The notes under the pieces: model-generated
What the model was told of the DNA's origin: nothing
Seen by the model: the letters and a program-made list of their open reading frames with translations, nothing else
Databases searched by the model: none
In this document: one piece after another, positions 16,296-27,400 of the stretch
Position numbering within the stretch: the stretch's first letter is position 1
Layout: each line of letters starts with the position of its first letter
Program-made: the position numbers and the translations under genes
Source of the DNA: the human T2T-CHM13v2.0 reference genome, Homo sapiens
DNA length: 64,000 nt
Reading direction: 5' to 3' (one strand)
Assembly: GCF_009914755.1 (NCBI RefSeq)
Contig: NC_060947.1

Positions 16296-16762
16296 TGAAT
16301 GGGAGTGGACTGAGGGGGCAGCACTTGCTAGACTAGCATTGTTGCCTGCAATCTAGATAAGCACAGTGGCTGATTCTATTGTCCCATCCAAAGGTGGAAA
16401 AGTTTGGGAGTTTATAGAGATAAGGAAAAATAGTAGTGAGAGTAAAGAATAAATGGGTTATGAAATGAAAGAAACCCAGTATTATATTAATACCTTGAAA
16501 GAGGCTTAGAGCAAGAAATGATATCTGTCTCCTAGCTTAATTATACCAGCTGCTGTAAAGGGTGAAGCTATATGTTTGCCGAGAGCACTCTGACAAGACT
16601 GAATGGAAGCCTGCAAACCTGAGTGGCCTCGCCTTGGGAGACATTCATACAATATGATGGGCTGGACTGATTATTACTGATTGAATGAGATTCTAGTAAT
16701 TTGGCGGTATCTTTTGAGTTGTACATCCTTTTGATGTGAGGGATCCAAGACAGAGGGTGGAC

Positions 16763-17622
16763 TGGATACTATGAAATATATATTTGGTCTTTCGTCTGTT
16801 GTCTGGCATACAACCCCTAAAATCCTCAAAAACTCCAAAGTGATGTCTTTTTGTATGCTAATGAGGTGACTGCGGTCTGGCAGCTCCTAGGTAGCTTCAG
16901 GATGGGGCTGGTCATAGGAAAGACCAAGGCAGGATGACAAGGTTGGAACATTTAGCCCTACTCCCAACCCTCCAGAGAGGGGAGAGGGGCTGAAGGTTAA
17001 GGTAATCAACAGTAGCCAGTGCTTTAATCAATCATGGCTGTGTAAGGAAGTCCCCATAAAACCCCAAAATGACAGGGTTCAAGGAGCTTCTGGATAGCTG
17101 TACATGTGGAGGTTCCTGGAGGGTGACACGCCCAGGAGGGCATGGAAGCTCCACGTCCCTCTCTTCTCCCACACCTCACTGTATGCATCTCTTCAACTGT
17201 ATCCTTTGTAATATACTTTATAATAAATCGGTAAACGTATTTCCCTGAATTCTGTGAGCTGCTCTAGCAAATTAATTGGACCCAAAGAGGGGCTGTGGGA
17301 TCTTTGATTTATAGCCTGTCGGTCAGAAGCACAGGTGAAACAACCTGGGGCTTGCCACTGGCATCTGAAGGTAGGAAGAAGTCTTGGGGACTCAGCCTTC
17401 AACCTGTGGGATCTGACGCTATCTCCAGGTAGATAGTGTCAGAATAGAACTGAATTAGAGGACACACAGCTGGTGTCCACTGAATTGCTTGCTTGCTTGT
17501 TCATTGGGAGAAATCCCCACACATTTGGTCACAGAGGTCATCTGTTTAGACTCTTGTTGAATGAGAGAATAGAAAAAGCACTTTGGGTTTGTGTGTGATT
17601 TTTTTTCTTTTTTCTACCCTCA
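16763..17622 (+). mobile_element. MER21-family LTR, second copy
   Basis: Direct repeat of 9505-10332, preceded by a polypurine tract. Confidence 0.8.
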
Positions 17623-17630
17623 ATTGGCAT

Positions 17631-18109
17631 TGTTACCGATCATGGGTTCTTGGACTCTCAATGCAATAGAAATTGATATGAGGCCAAAAGCGCTTTCATA
17701 GACAAAGCTTCACTGGAGCTTATGCCCAAACAAAAGGGAGGCAGCACAAGAGAGAGAGAATTCCCGGGCTTCCTTCTGAAAAGAGTCATAGGGCTTTCTT
17801 ATTAGGCAAAGTGCAGGAACTGGTAACAGGGGAAGGGTATGCAGGCTGGGCTGAGCAAAGCAGGTCAGCAGATCTGGTTGCTATGGTTATCTTGAGTAAT
17901 GGGCCACCTGGTGGCGTGGCCTGTGGCAACAAGGCTGTAAATCAATTGTTCAGCATTCCTTCCTGAGGCAATCTTAGTTATCTCATAAGGCCAATTCCTG
18001 GAATTCTTTAAGAACTATTAGCATTTGAGGTAGTGGTGTGGGTTTTGTGATCAGTGGGAGTGCTCTAGTGGAGGTGAGCTGAAGCCAAGCCTGTCTCTAC
18101 TCTTTCTCA
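17631..18109 (-). mobile_element. Solo MER66-family LTR
   Basis: Minus strand starts TGAGAAAGAGTAGAGACAGGCTTGGCTTCAGCTCACC; TG/CA termini; flanks GCAT/GTGT consistent with a CpG-decayed GCGT TSD. Confidence 0.7.
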
Positions 18110-18400
18110 GTGTCAATGAAGTGGGGTTTGCTGGAATGGCCCTGGTTCAGGTTCATGGAAACATGTGGTTTGGTAAGACAAAGGATGAAAGGGTTGGGAG
18201 ATGAGGAACCTTTAATTCCTGGGTGGTCACCCACAGTTTGGAGCAGCAGCTGTGCTGCAATCGGTTACTGAAGGTGAAGTTACTAGCGGAATTTAGAGAT
18301 GGATCCAACTCCTGGGGAGTTGGTTCACTGGATGCACAAGGAAATGCAAACTAATAAGAAAATGCCCTTTGAGTTTGTGTATGTGTTTTTCAACTCACCA
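18110..18400 (+). mobile_element. Second MER21-int leader fragment fused to a MER21 LTR 3' tail
   Basis: Aligns by eye to 10340-10414 plus 11066-11250; 18355-18400 resembles the LTR end at 17567-17622. Confidence 0.7.
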
Positions 18401-18438
18401 AGTCCATTTCTGTTTTGTCATTAGTCTTTTCTTAAAAG

Positions 18439-19025
18439 CGTTTGAAATGCTTGTTCCCCGGTACCATAAAGAAATACCACTTGAACATAAATTTAATTTA
18501 CTCAGCAAGGCCATTTTTACTTCCTGCAGAAAGGGTACACTCGCCAGCAGTTTTGCCACAAGAGTACACTGAACAAAGGAGACAGGGTCATTTATAAGCT
18601 GACGTGTCCACCCTACTGCTGTGTCCGGTTTCCATTGGCTGGAACGGGACCTCGCATTCTGTATCTGTCCCGATTGGCTAGCAACTTAGAACTTCTTAAA
18701 AAAGGCAAAGGCAGAGGAGAACAAAAGAAGGAGGAAGTAACTTGTGGAATGCTGAGAAAAGTAAAAACCTGCAAATAAGGAAGAGGAACAGGCTATGACC
18801 CAATGCTTGCTTGCACCAGTATAAGCATGCCAGGGCAAATATTTAGGCTAAATTGTGGGAGCTAAGAACATAAAGTACATTGATTTCTTTATCACGGCTA
18901 GCAGATATTTAAGAATGTTAGCACAGGTCTTTGAATAAATTTCACTTCTAAGAGAAGTTACTATTTATTCCTAATTAAATGGGGAGGAAAGTCTTCGAAG
19001 AGGAACCTCTGCTTTACTTTTTACA
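18439..19025 (-). mobile_element. Solo LTR10C
   Basis: Minus strand starts TGTAAAAAGTAAAGCAGAGGTTCCTCTTC and ends GGGGAACAAGCATTTCAAAC; perfect TSD AAAG (18435-18438 and 19026-19029). Confidence 0.85.
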
Positions 19026-21179
19026 AAAGCTGATAACTTTTCTGTGTTATTATAAATTTACAAACTTCAGACTGTATTTTCTGCTGTTTTTAAAAGTAAT
19101 TCTTGAGAGAAACGCTCCCATTGCTTGCTGAGAAACCAGCTCTTCAGAACAAGGAGAGGTTTTTCTTCACACTCTGATTAAGGGTGGGACACCCACGATC
19201 AGAGCTGCTTGTGGCAGGCGGTGAGGGCCTGAGAACAGTGTGACTGGAAACAAGGCTGTGGCCAGACACCACTTCCTGGAGAGGGCAGGGGGCTCAGTGA
19301 GCCTTGAACAAACCATAGCTTTGAGTAACTGCACTGTGTCTCACTCCTCCTAAAGATAACCACTGGCTTGGGTGTATGTTGAACTGGACAAGGCTTACTT
19401 ACCACTGCCCCTGATTTAAAGAAATAATTATCTTTTGAATATGATATTCTAATGTGTACTAAATTAGTCATGTCTTCTCTTTCTGCATACCAGCCTCCCA
19501 ATGCCCTGAGCTCCTGATTGGTTAGTGAGAGTACTTAAGAGGCCAGTTGCAGCCAGTTTAAACACTAGTTTGGATAGCCTAAAATAATTTCTAGATGAAG
19601 CACATGGCTTCAGGAATGACTAAGCTGTCCTGTGTCCTCTGGGTTCTGGCTCTGAGGGAAATTGATAAGGGACCCTAATTCTAACCCCAACAATCCATGT
19701 GAGTCAGGAAAGCTCTCATGTCCCCCTGCTATGTATAGCCCACCATGGATTGCCAAAATAAATGTCCACATGCCTGCCCTTTGATGATGGTATCTCCTCT
19801 GCCAGGTAAGTATATGCCTGCCCTTTGAAACACTCTCACTGAACCACTCCAGATGAATTTTGGGGCCAGATTAAAAAACACACTTGATACACAAATCCAT
19901 CTCAAAAGCAGGAAAATTAATACAAGACAGAACTTCAATTGTAGGACATAACTCTAACACCTCAAGGAAGTAAATCCTAAGGGTGACAGCAGAACACTTA
20001 GGAGATCAATATTTGGCAGATGATACAGGAATCAACTAGAACTGTTAGGCCAAGAGCATTTGGACTTGGACAATAGAAGGGGAACCTTGAAGAGACGGAT
20101 GGGCAAGATGAATGAGAACCAAAGAAAACTATTGGTGATTTGAATGAGAAAAGTCCAAAGGGGCCACTTTTACAGAATACTTGTAACATACTTTATTAAT
20201 CTAGTATTCCCTGACATTTACTCTTTTTACCAATTGTAACAATATTTCCTAATTTCTTAGAAGAATGAAAATAAAATTTACATATATTTCAATTGGGGAA
20301 CTCAAAATCACTGAATCCTAAAGAATTTATACTGCCATTGTTGGAATAATAGTTTGCTTAACAAAGTCCAGAGTTTTCAAAGATAGAAAAAAACTGGACT
20401 TGATTTCTTCCATGGTCAGTTTCTGCTACCTCAAGTCTAGAACAGGATACACAAATACATAAATCAGAACAGGAAACCCTATCTGAACAAAGTTAAAAAT
20501 ACTTAAAACATGACCCTATTGTGAGTACCATAAGGTACCCTTATTGACCTGCTAGAACAACCAATAATTTCTTTCTAAGGCAGAGAATGAGGTCATTTTA
20601 AAGCTAATTTACTAATTGTATTCCTCTAGGCAAGCTATTTAACCTCTTTGAGCCTCAATTTCCTCCCGTGTAAAATGGGACTCCCACCACACATCTCTAG
20701 GGTTCTTAGTCATAAAATGCTCTGTCCCATACCTGGCACAAAACTGTCACTTACTAGGTTATGTTCTCCTCTCTTTCCTTCCATTTGCTTTCACAAAGCC
20801 TTTCAGAACCACTTTGAGTCACTGTTTCTGCCCTTCTCTAATTCACAGAGCATTTGAAATCTGTATCACATATTAATCTAAATTCTTGGCTTGCTTGTGG
20901 AATCTGCTCAATTTCCAGAGACCCTCAATTAGCTTGTGACTAAACATCCTACTTCTGTGACCTCCACATGCTGCTAGGAACATAGTAGAAACTCCAATAA
21001 GTATTTGTTGAATGAATTACACTGTTTAACAAAAATAGACCTAAAAACCAAAATAGTGTAAGAACTGGCAAAACTTACACCTATCCAGGTATGCTTGTCC
21101 AATAAACAACCAGTGGACTGACAACGGTTTTTAAGCAGTACTTCTGACTCTTCCTTTGTTTCAACGGTTGATTGACATC

Positions 21180-21395
21180 TGTGATAGCCAGTTTCCAAGA
21201 TGGCTCCCAGTGATCATCACCTCCTGATATTTACCCGTCCCACACTGATGCAGGGCTGGCTCTGTGTGACCAATAGAATACTGCAGAAGTGACACTGTTG
21301 ACTTCAGAGGCTAGATCACAAAAAGGCATTGCAGCTATGGACTTGTTCTTGAATTAGTTGCTTTGAGGTGAGCCAATCACCATCCTGTGAGGACA
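21180..21395 (+). mobile_element. MLT1F-like LTR 5' fragment
   Basis: TGTGATAGCCAGTTTCCAAGATGGCTCCCAGTGATC matches the recalled MLT1F start. Confidence 0.6.
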
Positions 21396-22744
21396 GATGG
21401 CTGTGTGACCTTGGGCAACTTATGAGATCTTTCTGAGTTTCAGTTTTCCTCACCTTTAAAATGAGACATTTCACAGGGTGTTGTGAAAACCAAATAAGAC
21501 TTGGATGTAAGGCACATAGCGAGATATCTGGCACATAGTAAGCTCTCATGAAATGTGGCTAATGAATGATGGTAGTGATAGTAGAAGCTGTAGTACCAGC
21601 AATTGATTAGATGTGAGATGTGAAAGAAAGAGGAATTAAGGATGATTCGTAAGTTTTTGGCTTGAATAACTGAAGGAGTGATGGTATCATTTACTGAGTT
21701 TGGAGACAATGGAGGAAAACAAGAGCGTTCTTTTTTCGGACCAAAGACGCTTATGCCTGAACAGATAATATTACAACTATCTTTCAATCACTTAGAAATA
21801 GCATTCCATTTCTGTTCTTCTCTAAATTAATTAAAACTGTTTTTTGTTCTATGTAATTCCTTCCTGGAACATGATACATTACTGAAGTAAAAGTGATGGG
21901 AATTCTAAAAGCCAAACTACTCTGTAATGAACGGCCATGTAACCCTGGATGAGTCACTGTTCTTAAGTAAATGGTGGCAAGGCAAAGATGAACAGCAGCA
22001 GAACACAATCTGGACACTTTAGGCAGTTCTCACTTTTGTTTTGGAGAGAAATATTAGCAAACATCATAGAGAATTTATGAAATAAACATGAAATAAGGTA
22101 AGCATTGCGGGTTTATGAGAAATGGCAAGGTACTTCTGTAAATTTTAAGTGAAGATTTACTGATAACTAAAATGCTCAGGTTTGATGAAATTAGATTTCT
22201 GTTCTCTTTTTCAGACTCCCACTGGTTTAACTACTCAAGGATGAGAGGGAGTGCTTGATGCAAGTCTTCCTCCCCAGATGTACACACTTAGCTTTCATTT
22301 AGTTAGTAGGTCACAGACTGATTCGACAATCCTGAACAAAAAAATTGGTTTCACAATTCTATTTTTTATTTTTAAAATTTTTATTGTTTTAGACTAGTCA
22401 TGGTTTCACAATTCTTTATAACTATTCATTTGATCTGAGGCATACTTGGCACTTCCCAGGATTTGCCAAATCCATTATGAAATGCCCCAAACAGTGTATT
22501 ATGTTGACAAATGGAGATAGTGCAGGGCAATTAGAAACAGAGTGGGTTAACTCATTAGTAACCAAACTGGGACCCAACCCTGGGTGCAGTCTGTGCTTAC
22601 AGTGAGTTCCTCTGGGCCTCAGCTTCTTCAACTTTAAAACAAAGGGTCTCAGTCCACAGATGATCATGAAGTTCTATTTTAGCTCTATAATATTTGATTC
22701 TAGTAAGTTATAAGAAAACTTTGAGTTTTGTTTCTATTTTTGAT

Positions 22745-22915
22745 AAAGATGGATTGCAAATAAGCCATCCACAAACAATTTTACAAACGAGTTTGCACCA
22801 ATATTTGTATTGGGTTACTACAGAGTGGCTCCTTCTATCACTGTGTCATATAAAACTGGCCATGGGGGATTAAACCTGTGAACTTAACTTCAGTCAATCG
22901 TGCAAACAAAGGTTA
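22745..22915 (-). mobile_element. Decayed MamSINE1-like tRNA-derived SINE
   Basis: Minus strand has B-box-like CAGGTTTAATCCCCCATGGCCAGTT and GTGGATGG...TGCAATCCATC, resembling the recalled MamSINE1 consensus. Confidence 0.4.
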
Positions 22916-22944
22916 CTGGAGTGTAACTAGTTCATGAAATAATC

Positions 22945-23096
22945 ATAAGGAAGTATAATATGTATATTGTTCACCACTTCCTCCCACTACAGAAATAGAG
23001 AAATGAGGGTTTTTTGAGGAGGCAGTTGCCACATTGACCATAACTATTGAATTTCTTCAATATTCTGTTTAATTTCCCCTTTTCCTCCCACTGTAG
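22945..23096 (+). promoter_or_regulatory. Candidate GPR82 proximal promoter with ETS/PU.1 motifs
   Basis: AGGAAGT at 22948-22954 and CACTTCCTC (GAGGAAGTG on minus) at 22975-22983, just upstream of the first exon; motif inference only. Confidence 0.35.
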
Positions 23097-23229
23097 TTGG
23101 TGTCATGCAAGAATCTATTCACACTGACTAAAGATATTGGAAGAGTGAAGATCAGAGAATTTTAAGTCTGAAATTTGGCATCACTGCCCTGAACAATATA
23201 ACCTTAGTTGGCATAAACTACTCATACAG
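23097..23229 (+). other. GPR82: GPR82 5' UTR exon (first recognisable exon)
   Basis: Ends in strong donor CAG|GTAAGA (GT at 23230); preceded by pyrimidine tract and TGTAG at 23073-23096; repeat-free; the 5' boundary is inferred. Confidence 0.7.
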
Positions 23230-24789
23230 GTAAGAGTGATTATTATTCATTTTTAGCTTAAAAATTAAACTCTATAAAAATAAACAGGACCTAATGGTTT
23301 AAATTTTGAAAGCTGATCATTAAGAAAGGCAGTCAGCATATTAACTATGTAGACAGTCATTAGTAACTGAAGTTAAGAGTTGTAGAACTTTTTTCATTTG
23401 TCAAATTAGCAGAGACAAAATGTATGCATGAGTGACTTGAGATAGACATTCTCCTGAGGGGAATATAGACTTAGAGACATTTTCTGGAGACCAGTTTTGC
23501 ATCTGTAACATGTAATTTTTATTTGATTTCTTAATAGTACTTTCCAAATTCTGGAAAATAGTTATCTAGTAGTTTTATGATCCAAGTTTATTTTTGAAGG
23601 AGATGTACATAGTAGATACAAGTTTGGGAAGGTAAAGATGGTGACCTAGTTGTTGACTGCTACACTGAGAGTCCTACAGAGACTCAACTTCTGTCTGATA
23701 AAGCTAGCCTCTGCAGAAGTCTATGTCCCTTTTGTTTGGAAGCATTTAATATTCATACAGAAGCACCATTACCTTTGCAGTTTTTAGTATACTATGCATT
23801 ATCTGCACAAGGTAGGAGCTACTGCTTTTCTTTAACAGCATCATAAAAGGAAGCTCCAATCCTTATGTAAAATCAAAACCTACTGTGAGCAGATAATTTT
23901 TTCTTAAATAAACTGGCTCATTTCACTGTCTGACTGATTTTTGAACTGGTGAAGTTACAGATTAGGTTTTATATATTTATACCAGGGTCTACACTAACTG
24001 AAACCAGATTATAATTCATCAGGTTGCACTAGATTCAGATACAAACTTACAATGAAGCATATGGACTGTTTTCTAAATAAAAATAGCAAAGAAATAATAT
24101 TATAAAGACAGTGGTAAACATTAATTAAGAATCTTGTTATTTAAACCCACAGACACTGCACAGTCCTCAAGTTTTCAAGACTTTGGGTGTGGATTGGTTT
24201 AAAAAGTTATTATAAAATTATAATATCATATTTGAAAAAAAACCCCAATTTCTGTAATCCAAGATGCAGAAAATAAATCAAACCATAATTCTGAAGGGGG
24301 TAGAGAGTAAAATTGCCCTGAGGGGCTGGGGGGATATAAGAATTTCAAAGGGTTGTGTATGGTACAGTTTTTATGTTTATCAAAAGAGAACATGATTAAA
24401 AAGAAGATTGAGAAACCTTGCTCTAGATCATGAAAGAGTGGAGAATGTGGTGCTCAGAAGGCTATGGTGAAGAACACAGAGAATATGGCACATTCTGAAT
24501 AGAGATCATGGTTCTTATTTGACCAGAATCCAGTAACTTTTGTTATTCTCACCTGAAAGAAGTGAGGAAATAAGGAGAAAAATAAGAATAAAAGCAGTTT
24601 GTATATGATTCTTCAGCACTTCATGTGTACCCTTTGAAGCGAGAAAGATTTAAATATAAGACAGAAAAAAGTAAAAACCAGCATTTATGTTGTGATTAAA
24701 ACATCATATCCTTTAAAAAAAATCCTCTGAAAAACTCAGATAGCAAATTACACACAAGGACACTCTAACCAACAAGCATAGCAGCTACA

Positions 24790-25188
24790 GTTTTTTTTTG
24801 TTTGTTTTTGAGACAGGGTCTCTTTCTGTTACCCAGCCTGGAGTGCAGTAGAATGATCATAGCTCACTGCAGCCTTGAACTCCTAGGCTCAACTGATCCT
24901 CAAACCTCAGCCTCCCAAGTAGCTGGGACTCCAGGCACATGCCAGGATGCCTGGCTAATTTTTCTGTAGAGACATGGTTTCACCATGTTGCCCAGGCTGG
25001 CCTTGGCCTCCCAAAGTGCTGGGATAACAGGCATGAGCCACCATACCCGGTCTAGTTTTTGTATTTTTTATAGAGACAGGGTCTCGCTATGTTGTCCAGG
25101 GTGTTCTTGAAATCCTGGTCTCAAGCATTCCTCCCACCTTAGCCTCCCAAAGTGCTGAGACTACAGGTGCAGAGCCACCACATCTGGC
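24790..25188 (-). mobile_element. Three-armed AluJ-like composite in GPR82 intron 1
   Basis: One right arm and two left-arm-like units; flanking CTACAGTTTT repeat. Confidence 0.8.
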
Positions 25189-25712
25189 TGTAACTACAGT
25201 TTTGACATACATGTGTAAACTTTTATTGAAGTATGACAGTTTAACATTAAATATTTGAAAGGACATTTTAAATATTCTTTGGTAATGACCCTGGGATTTT
25301 GGAGTCTGTCCTTGGTTGCTATACTTCTGTTCAATTCAGGATCTTGCCTGAATTTTTGTTCATGTAGAACTGAGTTAACTTCTGAAATATGAAAAGAGAC
25401 TCTTCTAATAGTATTAGGTTATAAAGGAGTGTTTTAGCCTAGCCACAAAAAGACACCATTTTGAAAACTATATATAAGTAATGTGGTAATTAAAAACCAG
25501 TCAACTCTCTATTATTGTGGCCGCAAAATACTTCTGTAATACTTTGGCCAACATGAATTGGTTACATGTGCCTTAAAATTTTTTAAATTATATTTCTAGG
25601 AAAAATCAATCATCACTTACAAATTGTTTTACAATCTAAGAACTATACATTTCTCTAAGTAAAATTATAAATCCCAGGCATGTAACTATTCACATCAAAT
25701 TTTGTTTTTCAG

Positions 25713-25783
25713 ACAAAGGCATTATCCATCACAATAAGTAACTTTTTGTCTTTATTTCAACCGGACAATCGTGATTAGAAAAG
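25713..25783 (+). other. GPR82: GPR82 5' UTR exon 2 (71 nt)
   Basis: Acceptor TTTTGTTTTTCAG| (AG 25711-25712) and donor AAG|GTAAGA (GT 25784). Confidence 0.8.
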
Positions 25784-25966
25784 GTAAGAAGCCATCTATA
25801 CTTTCCCGTTCCATCCAATACATTTTTGTTACTATTTTATTTAATTCAATGTTTTTCTTTTTTAAAAACTATTCAGCTTAAATACTGTACCAAAAATAAT
25901 TTTAATATTAAATATCTGCAATTCTATTCTAGCTCCTGTGACAAAATTCAAGAAAACCTGACATAA

Positions 25967-26977
25967 ATGAACAACAATACAACATGTATTCAACCATCTA
26001 TGATCTCTTCCATGGCTTTACCAATCATTTACATCCTCCTTTGTATTGTTGGTGTTTTTGGAAACACTCTCTCTCAATGGATATTTTTAACAAAAATAGG
26101 TAAAAAAACATCAACGCACATCTACCTGTCACACCTTGTGACTGCAAACTTACTTGTGTGCAGTGCCATGCCTTTCATGAGTATCTATTTCCTGAAAGGT
26201 TTCCAATGGGAATATCAATCTGCTCAATGCAGAGTGGTCAATTTTCTGGGAACTCTATCCATGCATGCAAGTATGTTTGTCAGTCTCTTAATTTTAAGTT
26301 GGATTGCCATAAGCCGCTATGCTACCTTAATGCAAAAGGATTCCTCGCAAGAGACTACTTCATGCTATGAGAAAATATTTTATGGCCATTTACTGAAAAA
26401 ATTTCGCCAGCCCAACTTTGCTAGAAAACTATGCATTTACATATGGGGAGTTGTACTGGGCATAATCATTCCAGTTACCGTATACTACTCAGTCATAGAG
26501 GCTACAGAAGGAGAAGAGAGCCTATGCTACAATCGGCAGATGGAACTAGGAGCCATGATCTCTCAGATTGCAGGTCTCATTGGAACCACATTTATTGGAT
26601 TTTCCTTTTTAGTAGTACTAACATCATACTACTCTTTTGTAAGCCATCTGAGAAAAATAAGAACCTGTACGTCCATTATGGAGAAAGATTTGACTTACAG
26701 TTCTGTGAAAAGACATCTTTTGGTCATCCAGATTCTACTAATAGTTTGCTTCCTTCCTTATAGTATTTTTAAACCCATTTTTTATGTTCTACACCAAAGA
26801 GATAACTGTCAGCAATTGAATTATTTAATAGAAACAAAAAACATTCTCACCTGTCTTGCTTCGGCCAGAAGTAGCACAGACCCCATTATATTTCTTTTAT
26901 TAGACAAAACATTCAAGAAGACACTATATAATCTCTTTACAAAGTCTAATTCAGCACATATGCAATCATATGGTTGA
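25967..26977 (+). CDS. GPR82: G protein-coupled receptor 82, orphan class A P2Y-like GPCR, 336 aa, intronless CDS
   Basis: 336-aa ORF with seven hydrophobic segments, TM1 GN, TM3 C3.25 and SRY, TM6 CFLPY, TM7 DPIIF, N-terminal NxT sequons; sequence recognised as human GPR82; nested position in CASK agrees. Confidence 0.97.
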   Translation: MNNNTTCIQPSMISSMALPIIYILLCIVGVFGNTLSQWIFLTKIGKKTSTHIYLSHLVTANLLVCSAMPFMSIYFLKGFQWEYQSAQCRVVNFLGTLSMHASMFVSLLILSWIAISRYATLMQKDSSQETTSCYEKIFYGHLLKKFRQPNFARKLCIYIWGVVLGIIIPVTVYYSVIEATEGEESLCYNRQMELGAMISQIAGLIGTTFIGFSFLVVLTSYYSFVSHLRKIRTCTSIMEKDLTYSSVKRHLLVIQILLIVCFLPYSIFKPIFYVLHQRDNCQQLNYLIETKNILTCLASARSSTDPIIFLLLDKTFKKTLYNLFTKSNSAHMQSYG

Positions 26978-27108
26978 CTTTTGAATGGAAAACCCCACAA
27001 TATTAAGAAAAGCATTCATGTGACTTTATTAGGGACACTAAACTACATCATTAACATGTCACAGCTTGGTTGACAATAATCACCAAGAAAATCTCTTTGG
27101 TTTTTAAA

Positions 27109-27118
27109 AATAAATAAA
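27109..27118 (+). terminator. Proximal poly(A) signal candidates for GPR82 (overlapping AATAAA x2)
   Basis: AATAAATAAA about 130 nt after the stop codon. Confidence 0.45.
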
Positions 27119-27400
27119 CATATATTCATAAAACTCAAAAAACAGTTATACTGAACGTTGAGATGGCAGAAACTTTCAGAAGCAAAAATTAAGCATATTG
27201 AAAGGATCCCACTCATATGAAACTAACAGGCTGTTTTCTGTTTAAACTCAACTGTGAGTGCTTCTGTTCAGAACACGTTATTTCATGACTAGGATAAAGA
27301 AGCAAATGGTTTATGACTTGTCTGCTTTCTGGTAGTTAGAATACAAGGGTCAATCTATGGCTAGTGTTTATTGGTAATTTTAAAATCTTTAAAAATAAGT

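Noticed and set aside
26158-26763. Alternative-frame ORFs (70 and 110 aa) inside GPR82 as separate genes
   Set aside because: No recognisable protein features; explained as shadows of the coding frame; noted only in the translation finding.
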